A DNA stretch of 59,115 bases from Xanthobacteraceae bacterium (GCA_035566615.1 DATMQV010000267.1:1-59115); one strand, 5' to 3'. Shown: positions 19,321-29,631, counted from the stretch's first letter. A program made the numbers and translations. Notes: generated by a model not told the origin, from the letters alone.

Positions 19321-20097
19321 ATGAAGGATGGACTTCCCAGAGCTGATGGCGACGCCGCTCATGCAGATCCGGAGCGGCCGCATCCCGACGACATCCGGCA
19401 GGAACTCAATCGAATCATCAACAGCAGTCCGTTCCGGGACGCGTATCGCCTCACAAGCTTTCTTTCGTTCATTGTCGAAACGACGCTTGCGGGTAACGGC
19501 AGCAAGCTCAAAGCCTATACCATCGCCGTCGAAGCGCTCGGTCGCGGCGCCGATTTCGACCCGCAAACCGATCCGATCGTGCGCGTCGAGGCGGTCCGCA
19601 TGCGCCAGGCGCTGGCGCGATACTATTCCGGGATCGGGCGCGACGATCCGCTCGTCATCGAAGTGCCGCGCGGCAGCTATGTCCCGGCTTTCCGCTGCCG
19701 TAACGCTTGTGAACGACTAAAGCCGCGCGCAGCCGTTGCGTCGCTTCCAGCGCTGTTGAAACCTGAACAGGAACAGTCCGCGGAAATCGCCGGCCGGCGC
19801 CAGGAGCTTTCTGAATCGATCCGCCGGCTTCGCGAGTTGGCAAAAGCCCACCGCCAACAGGTGGCGGCGATGGCGGCCGCCGTCGGGCAAGCGCGGCAGA
19901 CGCTCGTCGACTCGCGCGCCCTCTTGCAAACCTGCCGGGGGCTCGACCTTGCTTGCGGCGCTGATCGGCCGCTGCTACCAACCGCGCAGTCCCATCAACC
20001 AAATGAAATTAGGCCCGCGAATGGCCGAGAAGCGCAAAGACAACAACAAGCTCAAAGCCCGGCTGCCGCGCGGGCTAGAAGACCGCGGCCCAATTGA
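19321..20097 (+). CDS. Hypothetical protein with a conserved ~110-aa N-terminal module and a coiled-coil/low-complexity tail
   Basis: The 258-aa ORF begins at an ATG. A conserved-looking block reads [57 protein letters not shown]...[11 protein letters not shown]. The last 77 nt overlap hisS, so the true 3' end is doubtful. Confidence 0.4.
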   Translation: MKDGLPRADGDAAHADPERPHPDDIRQELNRIINSSPFRDAYRLTSFLSFIVETTLAGNGSKLKAYTIAVEALGRGADFDPQTDPIVRVEAVRMRQALARYYSGIGRDDPLVIEVPRGSYVPAFRCRNACERLKPRAAVASLPALLKPEQEQSAEIAGRRQELSESIRRLRELAKAHRQQVAAMAAAVGQARQTLVDSRALLQTCRGLDLACGADRPLLPTAQSHQPNEIRPANGREAQRQQQAQSPAAARARRPRPN

Positions 20098-21547
20098 GAT
20101 TGCCGCCACGCGGCGGATGATCGAGACCATTCGCCAAGTCTATGAGCGTTATGGCTTCGAGCCGGTCGAGACGCCGGCGATCGAATACACCGACGCGCTC
20201 GGCAAATTCCTGCCCGATCAGGACCGGCCGAACGAGGGCGTGTTCTCCTTCCAGGACGACGACGAGCAATGGCTGTCGCTGCGCTATGATCTAACCGCGC
20301 CGCTCGCGCGCTATGTGGCGGAGAATTTCGAAACGCTGCCGAAGCCCTACCGCTCCTATCGCTTCGGCTGGGTGTTCCGCAACGAGAAGCCGGGCCCCGG
20401 CCGCTTCCGCCAGTTCATGCAGTTCGACGCCGACACCGTCGGCTCGGCTTCGCCCGCGGCCGATGCCGAGATGTGCATGATGGCCGCCGACACCATGGAA
20501 GCGCTTGGCATTCCGCGCGGCTCGTATGTGGTGAAGGTCAATAATCGGAAAGTGCTCGACGGCGTGTTGGAGTCAGTTGGACTTGGCGGTGAGCAAAACG
20601 CAGCTCGACGCCTGACGGTGCTCCGAGCAATCGATAAAATCGATCGTCTCGGCGTCGATGGAGTTGCGGCGTTATTAGGACAAGGTCGCCGCGATGAAAG
20701 CGGGGATTTTACTAGGGGCGCCAATTTAACAGATGTCGAAATAACCCGTATTCTCAATTTCACCGGATGGGGTGAAGAGGGATCTGGATCAAAAAGCACC
20801 CTGTCAGCAAACGAAGTAACAATCGCGAATTTCGAAGATGCAGTGGAAAGCAGTCCCTTGGGAAAGATCGGCGTGACAGAGCTTGCCGATTTCAAAGCGT
20901 TGGTCGCGGCTGCGGGCTACGACGACGGCAGAGTGGTCATCGATCCGTCTGTCGTCCGCGGCCTCGAATACTACACCGGCCTAGTCTTCGAGGTTGAGCT
21001 GACATTCTCAACCGACAGCAAAGACGGATCGCCGCGATTCGGCTCGGTCGGCGGCGGCGGACGATATGATGGACTCGTGTCGCGCTTTCGCGGCGAGCCT
21101 GCGCCCGCGACCGGATTCTCCATCGGCGTATCGCGGCTTGCCGCCGCGCTGATGCATCTGGGCAAGCTCGATAACAAACCGGAGCCCGGCCCGGTCGTCG
21201 TCGCCGTCTTCGACAAGGATCGGCTCGCCGACTATCAGAACATGGTCGCGACTTTGCGCGCGGCGAACATCCGCGCCGAGCTTTATCTCGGCAATCCGCG
21301 CAATCTCGGCAATCAGCTCAAATACGCCGACAAGCGCAACGCGCCCTGCGTCGTCATCCAGGGCTCCGACGAAAAGGCCAGGGGCGAGGTGACGATCAAG
21401 GATCTCATCATCGGTGCGGAGCTCGCCAAGCTGGAAAAAGGCCGCGAGGAGCATTTGCAGAAACAAGCCGAGGCGCAGCGTTCGGTGCCGGAAACCGACC
21501 TCGTTGCGACGGTCCGCAACATCCTGGCACGACACGGAATTTCGTAA
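20021..21547 (+). CDS. hisS: Histidyl-tRNA synthetase
   Basis: It starts at the ATG at 20021 ([22 protein letters not shown]...). It has class-II motifs ([20 protein letters not shown]; [10 protein letters not shown]) and an anticodon-binding C-terminal domain. The track ORF begins 72 nt too early. Confidence 0.95.
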   Translation: MAEKRKDNNKLKARLPRGLEDRGPIEIAATRRMIETIRQVYERYGFEPVETPAIEYTDALGKFLPDQDRPNEGVFSFQDDDEQWLSLRYDLTAPLARYVAENFETLPKPYRSYRFGWVFRNEKPGPGRFRQFMQFDADTVGSASPAADAEMCMMAADTMEALGIPRGSYVVKVNNRKVLDGVLESVGLGGEQNAARRLTVLRAIDKIDRLGVDGVAALLGQGRRDESGDFTRGANLTDVEITRILNFTGWGEEGSGSKSTLSANEVTIANFEDAVESSPLGKIGVTELADFKALVAAAGYDDGRVVIDPSVVRGLEYYTGLVFEVELTFSTDSKDGSPRFGSVGGGGRYDGLVSRFRGEPAPATGFSIGVSRLAAALMHLGKLDNKPEPGPVVVAVFDKDRLADYQNMVATLRAANIRAELYLGNPRNLGNQLKYADKRNAPCVVIQGSDEKARGEVTIKDLIIGAELAKLEKGREEHLQKQAEAQRSVPETDLVATVRNILARHGIS

Positions 21548-21688
21548 ACCACGGCCCGGCGGCCATTAACGGCGCCCCGTGATCTTCATCGAATCTCGAC
21601 GGTTGCCGTGCTAAGGGGCCGCTGGATCAACGCTATCGCCGCGCCTTCGCAAAATGGATTAACCATAGGGGCGCGAGATGTGGCCGGC

Positions 21689-22825
21689 ATGTCGAGTATG
21701 GCAGCGAACAATTCGGATCTGCGCGCGCAGCAGCTCCTCTCGTCCTACATGCGCGCCGGCTATACGGCGATCGATCCGCCTGTGCTGCAGCCGGCGCAAC
21801 CATTCCTCGACCTCTCGGGCGAGGACATCCGCCGCCGCATGTTCCTCACGAGCGATCCTCACGGGCGGGAATTGTGCCTGCGGCCCGACCTCACCATTCC
21901 GGTGTCGCGCGCCTATCTGCAATCCCCCTCGGCCGGCAAGGTCGCGGGGTACTGCTATTTGGGCGTAGTGTTTCGCCATCGCGAAGGCGCGCCAACTGAA
22001 ATTCTGCAAGCGGGCATCGAATCCTTCGGGCGGCAGGACAAGGCAGCGGCCGACGCTGAAATGCTCTCGCTCGGACTCGAGGCGACGACGCTTTACGGCT
22101 TGCCGACGCCCGAAATCCGCATCGGCGACGTCGGCCTGTTTACCGCCTTCGTGGCCGCGCTCGATCTCGCGCCGGTGTGGAAGCGCCGCCTGGTCAAAGA
22201 TTTCAACAGGAAGTGGTCGCTGGCGCACGATTTGGATCAACTGGCGCTGACGCCAACAAACGGCGCGCCGGAATACCGCGGCGTGCTCGCCGCGCTCGCC
22301 GGCTCCGATCCCAAGGCCGCGCACCATCTCGTCACCGATCTTCTGTCGATCGCTGGGATCGCTGCGGTCGGCGGCCGCTCCGTGGCGGAGATCGCGGAAC
22401 GCTTCCTCGAACAGGCGGCGCTCGGCGCCGGAACGCGGCTGCCGCGCGAGACCCGCGCCTTGATCGAACGCTTCCTCGCCGTGCGCGGCGATCCTGACGA
22501 AGCCGCCGGCGAATTGCGCGCGCTCGCCGCCGACGCCAACCTCCCGCTCTCGCCGGCGCTGGATTTGTTCGAAACGCGCACCGGCTTTCTCGCCGCACGC
22601 GGCGTGGACGTCCGCGCGATCCACTTTTCCACCGCCTTCGGCCGCGGCTTCGACTATTACACCGGCTTCGTGTTCGAGCTGCACGACCCGCGCACCAAGG
22701 GCCCGCTGATCGCGGGCGGCCGCTATGACGGCTTGCTGACCCGGCTTGGCGCACACGAGCCGATCGCGGCGGTTGGATTTGCGGCCTCGAACGGGGAATT
22801 GTCGGCTTGCGGAGCCGCTGCATGA
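21689..22825 (+). CDS. hisZ: ATP phosphoribosyltransferase regulatory subunit (HisRS paralogue)
   Basis: It has a HisRS-like catalytic core ([22 protein letters not shown]) but no anticodon-binding domain. Its stop overlaps the hisG ATG (ATGA at 22822-22825). Confidence 0.85.
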   Translation: MSSMAANNSDLRAQQLLSSYMRAGYTAIDPPVLQPAQPFLDLSGEDIRRRMFLTSDPHGRELCLRPDLTIPVSRAYLQSPSAGKVAGYCYLGVVFRHREGAPTEILQAGIESFGRQDKAAADAEMLSLGLEATTLYGLPTPEIRIGDVGLFTAFVAALDLAPVWKRRLVKDFNRKWSLAHDLDQLALTPTNGAPEYRGVLAALAGSDPKAAHHLVTDLLSIAGIAAVGGRSVAEIAERFLEQAALGAGTRLPRETRALIERFLAVRGDPDEAAGELRALAADANLPLSPALDLFETRTGFLAARGVDVRAIHFSTAFGRGFDYYTGFVFELHDPRTKGPLIAGGRYDGLLTRLGAHEPIAAVGFAASNGELSACGAAA

Positions 22826-23826
22826 GCGCCGCCCTTATTCTCGCCGTGCCGTCGAAAGGGCGCCTGCAGGAAAACGTGGAAGCGTTTTTCGCCCGTTCCG
22901 GACTTGAACTCGTCAAGCCGCGCGGCGCACGCGACTATCGCGGCGCCATTGCCGGCTTTGACGGCGTCGAAATTGCCTACCTTTCGGCCGCGGAAATCAC
23001 CTCGCAGCTCGGGCAGGGCGCGGTGCAGCTCGGCATCACGGGCGAGGACTTGGTGCGGGAGATGATCCTCGATGCCGACCGGCAGGTCGTGTTTATCGAT
23101 CAGCTCGGGTTCGGCTTCGCCAATGTTGTCGTCGCCGTGCCGCAAGCCTGGATCGACGTGCGCAACATGGCCGATCTCGACGACGTCGCCACCGCCTTCC
23201 GCTTCAAGCACGAGCGCAAGATGCGGCTCGCCACCAAATACGCCAATCTGACCCGCGCGTTTTTTGCCGACCACGGCGTTGTCGATTACCGCATCGTGGA
23301 AAGCTCCGGCGCCACCGAAGGTGCGCCCGCCGCCGGCACCGCCGAAATGATCGTGGATATCACCACCACCGGGTCGACGCTTGCCGCCAACGGACTGAAG
23401 GTCATCGAGGATGGCGTCATCCTGCGTTCGCAGGCCAACCTCATCGCGGCGCGAACCGCCGCCTGGGATGCGGACCGGCGCGAGACTGCGCGCCTGTTGC
23501 TCGACCGGCTCGCCGCGCAGAAACGCGCGCACGCTTATCGCGAGGTGCGCACGCGCTTTGCCGGATTAAACGACACGCTGCTCAATGCCGCGCGGGACAA
23601 GTTCGGTGTCGCCGCGCCGTTCGGCGGCTCCACCTCATCCGGCATGCTGACGCTGCACTGCCCGCCCAAGCACGTGCACGGTCTCGCGAGCTTCTTGCGC
23701 GAGCACGGCGCCGAGGCGGTGTCGGTCGCGGCGCTCGACTACGTCTATTCGCGCGAGAACCCGCTCTACGAGCGGCTCGTGGCCGAGCTGGACCGGGACG
23801 TGGTCACCGTCAACGCTTCACAGTAA
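22822..23826 (+). CDS. hisG: ATP phosphoribosyltransferase
   Basis: The sequence [17 protein letters not shown]... includes the PRPP-binding signature [18 protein letters not shown]. The product is 334 aa and has a C-terminal extension. Confidence 0.9.
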   Translation: MSAALILAVPSKGRLQENVEAFFARSGLELVKPRGARDYRGAIAGFDGVEIAYLSAAEITSQLGQGAVQLGITGEDLVREMILDADRQVVFIDQLGFGFANVVVAVPQAWIDVRNMADLDDVATAFRFKHERKMRLATKYANLTRAFFADHGVVDYRIVESSGATEGAPAAGTAEMIVDITTTGSTLAANGLKVIEDGVILRSQANLIAARTAAWDADRRETARLLLDRLAAQKRAHAYREVRTRFAGLNDTLLNAARDKFGVAAPFGGSTSSGMLTLHCPPKHVHGLASFLREHGAEAVSVAALDYVYSRENPLYERLVAELDRDVVTVNASQ

Positions 23827-23860
23827 GGCCGTTGCCGATCCAACGCTGAAGGAAGCGCGG

Positions 23861-24664
23861 TTGCCTAACGCGAACGATCCAACAGTGCATGTCCGGCGCG
23901 ATAAACGCCCCCAAGGCGTCATTGCTTATCTCACGATCGACGACGGTCGCGGCCTGAACGTGATGAGCAGCGCGGTCATGGACGCGCTTGCCGAAGCCTT
24001 GCTCGCGCTCGCAAGCGACGAAGACCTGCGCGTAGTCGTGCTTTCAGGCGCAGGCGCAAAAGCTTTCAGCGCCGGCGCCGACATCAAGGAAATGGCGGCG
24101 ATCGAAAATCCCGAAGAGGCAAAGGCGCTGATCATGCGCCTGCACCGCAGCTGCGACACGATCCGCAATCTGCCGGTACCGGTCATCGCCGGAATCCACG
24201 GCTTCTGTTTCGGCGCCGGGCTGGAGATCGCCGCGGCCTGCGACGTGCGCTTGGCTTCCGAGGCAGCTTCGTTCGGCATGCCAGAGGTCAAGATCGGCAT
24301 TCCCTCGGTGATCGAGGCGGCGCTATTTCCGTTGCTGACCGGCTGGGGCCGCGCGCGCGAAATCCTGTTGCTCGGCGAAACTTTCTCTGCGCGCGAGGCG
24401 CTGGCTTGGGGATTGGTCGAGCACGTCGTGCCGACGGCAGACCTCGACCAGGCGATCGAAGCTTGGATCGGTAAGCTCCTGACCTCGGCGCCACGTGCGG
24501 TGCGGCTGCAAAAGCGCCTGATCCAACAATGGGAGGACCTGCCGCTTTCCGGCGCCATCACGGCCGGCATTGATGCGTTCGCCGCCGCCTATGAGACAGA
24601 CGAGCCTCGCGCCACAATGCGCAAATTTCTCGCGGCACAGAAGGCACGCAAGACGCCCGGCTGA
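23861..24664 (+). CDS. Enoyl-CoA hydratase/isomerase (crotonase) family protein
   Basis: It has crotonase motifs (VVLSGAGAKAFSAGADIKEM, HGFCFGAGLEIAAACD). The start is a TTG preceded by GAAGGAAG. Confidence 0.8.
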   Translation: MPNANDPTVHVRRDKRPQGVIAYLTIDDGRGLNVMSSAVMDALAEALLALASDEDLRVVVLSGAGAKAFSAGADIKEMAAIENPEEAKALIMRLHRSCDTIRNLPVPVIAGIHGFCFGAGLEIAAACDVRLASEAASFGMPEVKIGIPSVIEAALFPLLTGWGRAREILLLGETFSAREALAWGLVEHVVPTADLDQAIEAWIGKLLTSAPRAVRLQKRLIQQWEDLPLSGAITAGIDAFAAAYETDEPRATMRKFLAAQKARKTPG

Positions 24665-24686
24665 TTCTTTGCGCCGGTTGTTCCGC

Positions 24687-25238
24687 CTAAATGTCCCGCC
24701 CGGAGTCGACCTTCGGCTGCGGCCGAACCCGGAACACCACGAAATGCGAAATCAAGAAGTTCACCATGAAGCTCGCCAAGATGGCGACGAGTTTGGCCAG
24801 CCACACCGGTAATAGCAGCACCTCCGCCGCCACCAGGAGCGTTACCGTGTTGGCGATCCAGCCTGCAAAGCCAGAGGCAACGAAGGCGAGGTATGAGCGC
24901 CATCGCAGTTTGCGGCCGGATTCGGCCGCAAAGGTGATGGTCGAATTCATGATGTAGGAGCCGCTGACGGCAACGATCCAGGAGATGGCGTTCGCGGCTA
25001 TCAGTGAAATCGCCGCGGCGCTGCCGCATTCGCACACGCCCGAAACGGAAGCGAACAGCGCCATGGCCGCCGCCGAGCTATCGAGCAGAGCACGCGCAAT
25101 CAGAAAAACGGCATAATCGACGACCGAATTGACCACGCCGATCGTGGCGAAGGAGATCGCCTTGAAGGTCACCGCGCGATTGCGCCAGCCGGCGATCAGG
25201 CGCGCGCGCGCGCGATCATAAGGGGACACAGGCGTCAT
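24687..25238 (-). CDS. GtrA-family membrane protein
   Basis: It starts at the ATG at 25238 (MTPVSPYDRARARLIAGWRNRAVTFKAISFATIGVVNSVVDY...). It has four TM helices and a GtrA-like terminus (FMVNFLISHFVVF), and it is divergent from a GT2 gene. Confidence 0.7.
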   Translation of the reverse strand: MTPVSPYDRARARLIAGWRNRAVTFKAISFATIGVVNSVVDYAVFLIARALLDSSAAAMALFASVSGVCECGSAAAISLIAANAISWIVAVSGSYIMNSTITFAAESGRKLRWRSYLAFVASGFAGWIANTVTLLVAAEVLLLPVWLAKLVAILASFMVNFLISHFVVFRVRPQPKVDSGRDI

Positions 25239-25369
25239 TGCGGTTTCGCATATCACGTTCACGGCGATCCGCCACCCCGGCACCAGCCCGTCGGCAGGAG
25301 CCCTGCGACACCGCTGACGCGACAGGAATGGCCCGTTAATATATAGATCGCAGGTAAAAGGAGCTGCCG

Positions 25370-26449
25370 GTGATTGACGTGGCAAGGGAGTCTGGTCCGG
25401 TGGGGCCAGCCCGCGAGGGAACGGCGCGCCAATGGCGCAGCGGACCATCGGCCGCGACGCCTGGTCTCTCCATCGTCGTTCCCGTCCATAACGAAGCGGC
25501 TTCGCTGCCGCGGCTCCATGCCGAGCTCGCCGAGGTGGCGCGCACGCTCAATGCCAAGCAAGGGCTCGCCTGCGAAGTTATCTATGTCGACGACGGCAGC
25601 CGCGACGATACGCTTGCGATCGCTCACCAGCTGCCGGCCACGGCGCTCGATATTCAGCTGCTGTCGCTGTCGCGCAATTTCGGCAAGGAGGCGGCGCTGC
25701 TCGCCGGCCTCGATCACGCCCGGCTCGGCGCCGTGTTGTTCATCGACGGCGATGGACAGCATCCGCCGTCTCTGATCGAGACTCTCGTCCACCACTGGCT
25801 CGATGACGGTTACGACGTGGTCTACACCGCCAAGGCGCATCGGGCGAACGAGTCCCCCGTGCGGCGGTTCCTGGTGAAGAGCTTTTACCTGCTGGTCAAT
25901 TGGGGCGCGCAAACCAAGATCCCGGAGGATGCCGGCGATTTCCGGCTGCTCTCGCCGCGCGCCACCGACGCGCTGCGCCAGCTTCCGGAGCGCAATCGTT
26001 TCTTCAAGGGGCTTTCAAGCTGGATCGGCTTTCGTCAGATCCGCATCGACTATTATCCAGCGCCGCGTAGCGACGGCCGCTCCACCTGGAGCCTGCGCTC
26101 GCTGATCGGCCTGTCGATCGATGGCTTGACGGCGTTTTCGGTGGCGCCTTTACGCGTCGCCACTTGGCTCGGATCGCTGCTCGCCTTGGCCGCTTTCATT
26201 TACGGCGCGCAGATCATCTATGAGACGTTCGCCTACGGAGAGCGCGTGCCCGGTTATCCCTCGCTCTTTGTCGGCGTGATGGTGCTGGGCGGCGTACAGC
26301 TCATCATGCTCGGCGTGGTCGGCGAATATATCGGCAAGATCCTCTACGAGATCAAAGGCCGGCCGGTCTATTTCGTGGCCGAGCACGCGGTGAAGCCGCG
26401 CGAAGAGCAAAAGCAACCGGAAGCCGACACCCGGACGGCGGCGGAATGA
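25370..26449 (+). CDS. Family-2 glycosyltransferase (GtrB/ArnC-like polyprenyl-phosphate glycosyltransferase)
   Basis: It has SIVVPVHNE, YVDDGSRDDT, a DxD motif in FIDGDGQHPP and two C-terminal TM helices. Confidence 0.85.
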   Translation: MIDVARESGPVGPAREGTARQWRSGPSAATPGLSIVVPVHNEAASLPRLHAELAEVARTLNAKQGLACEVIYVDDGSRDDTLAIAHQLPATALDIQLLSLSRNFGKEAALLAGLDHARLGAVLFIDGDGQHPPSLIETLVHHWLDDGYDVVYTAKAHRANESPVRRFLVKSFYLLVNWGAQTKIPEDAGDFRLLSPRATDALRQLPERNRFFKGLSSWIGFRQIRIDYYPAPRSDGRSTWSLRSLIGLSIDGLTAFSVAPLRVATWLGSLLALAAFIYGAQIIYETFAYGERVPGYPSLFVGVMVLGGVQLIMLGVVGEYIGKILYEIKGRPVYFVAEHAVKPREEQKQPEADTRTAAE

Positions 26450-26494
26450 GCCATCCTGCCCCGCGAAGTGAAACGGAGCGGGGTGGAAAAAAGC

Positions 26495-27895
26495 TCAGAT
26501 CACGATCACCTTGGCGCCGACCTTTACGCGCCCATAGAGATCGATGATGTCATCGTTGCGCAGCCGGATGCAGCCGGACGACACCTGCGTGCCGATCGAC
26601 CAAGGCTCATTCGAGCCGTGGATCCGATAAAGCGTCGAGCCGAGATAGAGCGCGCGTGCGCCGAGCGGATTGTCCGGACCGCCGCGCATGTAGTGCGGCA
26701 AGTCGGGCCGGCGCGCCAACATCTCATCCGGCGGGCGCCAATCCGGCCATTCGCGCTTGGCCGAGACGCTCTTCACGCCCGCCCACGTAAAGCCCGGCCG
26801 GCCGACGCCGATGCCGTAACGCAGTGCCCTGCCGCCGTCCAACACCAGATAAAGAAAGAAATGCGGGGTATCGACAATGATCGTGCCCGGCTTTTCGGCG
26901 CCGCGATATTCGATCACTTGACGCTCATAGCGCGGATCGAGCGGCTGCTGCTGCGCCATGTCCCCATAGGTCGACGGAGCGTAGGCCGGCGTCTGATACG
27001 CATAGCCCTGCTGCGGTTGCGTCGTGTATCCGAACGCAAGCTGCTGCCGGACCGGCTGTTGCGGATACTGGCCGGGCTGCGGATACGCGGCGGCTTGGGG
27101 AGCGGCGGCCACCTGATAATTCGGCGAGAACAGTCCACGGACCTGTTGCGGCGGTGCCGATCCAGCATATTGAGCGCCCGGCTGCACGGGCTGCGCCGCT
27201 GCCGTCCGGTAACTCGCCGGCGTCGGCTGAATGGTACGGACCTGCTGCGTCGTGACCGAACCTGTATACCGCGGATCGGGTTGCGCCGGCGGCGCGGCCG
27301 CTGTCCGATAGCCCGCCGGCTGAGATTGCGAGCCGCGCAGCTGTCCTGGCGACACTGACGCGACATATCGCGGGTCGACTTGCGCCGGCGCCTGCGCTTG
27401 CGGAACGGCCCGCCAGCCGGATGTCGGCGCAGGCGGCGCGACTGCGAATTGCGCCGGCGCTTGCCGGTAGTAGACGGGCCCCTGCCCAGCGGCGCGCCCC
27501 TGCGGCGCAGGCACCAACTGGTAATAGGCCGGCGCCGGCCGGCGGCTGCGCGCGTGCTGTGTCGCAGCAACCGGAGCCGGTTGCTGTTGGGAAAGCTGCG
27601 AAACCGGCGCGCGCTCCCGCGCGCTCGGCTCTGGAGCCGGCTCCGCGGTCGGATCCGCTTCCGAATAGATTGGCGCGGGCGGTTGATAGGCGCGGCCGAC
27701 AATCGCCTGCCCGGTCCCATCGCCAAACATGGATTCGATGAGCCCGTCGCTGTATCCGGGCTGACCGGCATAGACGAGCTGCCAGCCTGGATCGAGCGCC
27801 TGGCTGGCCGCACCGGTATGGGAAGCGATCAGGACGACGGCAGCTCCAGCCGCCACGGAGCACGCCACGCGTGGAGAACCAACAATTCGGGCCAT
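26495..27895 (-). CDS. L,D-transpeptidase (YkuD domain) with a long Pro/Gln/Ala-rich repetitive linker
   Basis: The C-terminal YkuD domain carries the catalytic HGS...SSGCIRL context (YRIHGSNEPWSIGTQVSSGCIRLRN). The likely start is the ATG at 27895 (MARIVGSPRVACSVAAGAAVV, a signal peptide). Confidence 0.85.
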   Translation of the reverse strand: MARIVGSPRVACSVAAGAAVVLIASHTGAASQALDPGWQLVYAGQPGYSDGLIESMFGDGTGQAIVGRAYQPPAPIYSEADPTAEPAPEPSARERAPVSQLSQQQPAPVAATQHARSRRPAPAYYQLVPAPQGRAAGQGPVYYRQAPAQFAVAPPAPTSGWRAVPQAQAPAQVDPRYVASVSPGQLRGSQSQPAGYRTAAAPPAQPDPRYTGSVTTQQVRTIQPTPASYRTAAAQPVQPGAQYAGSAPPQQVRGLFSPNYQVAAAPQAAAYPQPGQYPQQPVRQQLAFGYTTQPQQGYAYQTPAYAPSTYGDMAQQQPLDPRYERQVIEYRGAEKPGTIIVDTPHFFLYLVLDGGRALRYGIGVGRPGFTWAGVKSVSAKREWPDWRPPDEMLARRPDLPHYMRGGPDNPLGARALYLGSTLYRIHGSNEPWSIGTQVSSGCIRLRNDDIIDLYGRVKVGAKVIVI

Positions 27896-28168
27896 CTCAA
27901 AACTCTGTACTTTCACACCAAGCCGAACGGCGCGTTCGGCGGTGTTTGAAGTACAAGCTGAAAACTCGACTGTTTGGTTAATTTTTTTGCGCGCAGCCGC
28001 TGCGCGTCCGCGTTTGTAGTTTGTTCATCAAGTTACAGTTTATTTTGTGTAAAGCACCATGCCGGCCGTTAATCGCTTGGTAATCGACGCTCGCCGCCAC
28101 GAGCGGCCGCGCTCCTCATATGAACCCGACATTAAGCGCCGAATTCTAGGTTGGCGCGGGGTGTAGGA

Positions 28169-28846
28169 ATGGCCGCGCCGCGCAAAGTCTTTCGCATCGA
28201 ACAATCGGGCGCCGCGCGGTCCGAACGACCGGCCAGCGAAGCGGATGAGTCGCGCGACAGCCCTATGCTGCGCGAACTGGGCGCGCTGCGCGCCATGCTC
28301 GCGCCGCCGCCAGCCGCGCCACACGTTAACGGCACTCTCGCGCGACAGGACGAACTCCAGCGACTTGCGTCGGAGCTGCGGCTTCTGCTTGCCGCCATTC
28401 GCGGGGCGCAACAAGGACATGTGATGAACGGCGGGCTATCGGCACCGACGGCCCGCATTGCCGAGGAGCTTGACGCCGTCATCCAAGACAGCGAGCTCGC
28501 GGCGCAGAAAATCCTGACCGCCGCCGAGCACATCGATCAGGCGGCGACCAATTTGATGGGCCTGCTGAAAGGCAATTTCGAATGCGGCCTGACACAGGAC
28601 ATCCGGGATCGCGTGACGCACATTTTCGAGGCGTGCAATTTCCAGGATCTGACCAGCCAGCGGGTCGCCAAAGTGCGGGCGTCGGTCAACAGCCTGGATC
28701 GCCAGATCGCTCGCGTGCTCGAGGAACTGGCGCGGGCGGATGCCGCGCCGCCCCTAAGCGGCCCGCGGCTGGGCGATGATGCAGGTCACGTATCGCAGAG
28801 CGATATTGATTCGCTGTTCGACGGCGACGTCGACGCAGTGCGGTGA
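28169..28846 (+). CDS. CheZ-like CheY-P phosphatase
   Basis: It has the FEACNFQDLTSQRV motif (compare the CheZ FQDLTGQ active-site helix) and a C-terminal acidic SQSDIDSLF peptide that resembles the CheY-binding tail. I chose the ATG at 28169. Confidence 0.7.
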   Translation: MAAPRKVFRIEQSGAARSERPASEADESRDSPMLRELGALRAMLAPPPAAPHVNGTLARQDELQRLASELRLLLAAIRGAQQGHVMNGGLSAPTARIAEELDAVIQDSELAAQKILTAAEHIDQAATNLMGLLKGNFECGLTQDIRDRVTHIFEACNFQDLTSQRVAKVRASVNSLDRQIARVLEELARADAAPPLSGPRLGDDAGHVSQSDIDSLFDGDVDAVR

Positions 28847-28866
28847 CCGCTGTCGCCGCCCGATCG

Positions 28867-29382
28867 TCATTGCTGCTTGGCGGGAGTCTTACGCGACGCG
28901 CCTTCGGCTCCGCACCGAACATATACGCCCGTGCCGTAGCGGTTCTGCACTTCCGGATTCAACCAACGCAGAACCATGGTGCGGCCATCCATCGCCACGA
29001 ATTCGCGGTCCTGTGGGCCGCCGGCGGGGCCCGGAGGCCCGACATAATTCCGCCCGCCAGCACTACCCTTGAGGTAGAGCTCCTGCAGCTGGGCGCTATC
29101 GGCAAGGTACATCATGACGCCGCCGCCCGGCCCCTTGTTGATCACCACCGGCTGACCGCATTGACCGTGCGCGGCCGCTTCCGTGCGTTTCCGGTCGCCT
29201 TCGTTATGATAGGAGCCGTAGCCCCAGCGCCCGACCATTTCCTCGGGCCGTATCGTCGCCGGAATGTCGGGCGCAGGCGGCGGAGCCTCGATGGGCGGCG
29301 TATTCGTCGTGCAGGCAGAAAGAACAAAAAGAAAACCCGCCAGGCGCGAATACAAACCAACGTCGCGCCGCCAACCACTCAT
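28867..29382 (-). CDS. Hypothetical lipoprotein
   Basis: It starts at the ATG at 29382 and has a lipobox, FLFVLSAC-TTNT. The product is 171 aa and I recognise no family. Confidence 0.55.
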   Translation of the reverse strand: MSGWRRDVGLYSRLAGFLFVLSACTTNTPPIEAPPPAPDIPATIRPEEMVGRWGYGSYHNEGDRKRTEAAAHGQCGQPVVINKGPGGGVMMYLADSAQLQELYLKGSAGGRNYVGPPGPAGGPQDREFVAMDGRTMVLRWLNPEVQNRYGTGVYVRCGAEGASRKTPAKQQ

Positions 29383-29563
29383 GAAACCCCCCTGAGAAAT
29401 CCACTCGCGCGGAATAGCGAATCCCGTCACCGCCCCGCAAGATGCCAGCCATTTCTTGCCAAACACTTGGCCGGCATGGTGGCGGGTTTTCGCCCGCCCG
29501 GCTAGGGCTATCTATACTGGCAAAAAGTCTCGCCGCCTCGGCAACCTTGTGTCAGTGGCGTGC

Positions 29564-29592
29564 TTGACAGCTTCCGGTGCGCATCTTATGTC
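29564..29592 (+). promoter_or_regulatory. Sigma70-type promoter candidate for groESL
   Basis: TTGACA (29564-29569), a 17-nt spacer and TATGTC (29587-29592) lie immediately upstream of the CIRCE element. Confidence 0.5.
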
Positions 29593-29604
29593 CCGGACGG
29601 CTTC

Positions 29605-29631
29605 ATGGCACTCAGTGGTTGAGAGTGCCAA
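29605..29631 (+). promoter_or_regulatory. CIRCE operator (HrcA binding site)
   Basis: ATGGCACTC-AGTGGTTGA-GAGTGCCAA matches the CIRCE consensus TTAGCACTC-N9-GAGTGCTAA, with a perfect 8-bp inverted core. It sits 64 nt before the groES ATG. Confidence 0.85.

Noticed and set aside
26914-27863. Two ~300-aa alternative-frame ORFs inside the L,D-transpeptidase linker region.
   Set aside because: They are same-strand frame shadows of a Pro/Gln/Ala-rich repeat region. The Arg/Ser-rich translation has no start context or motif.
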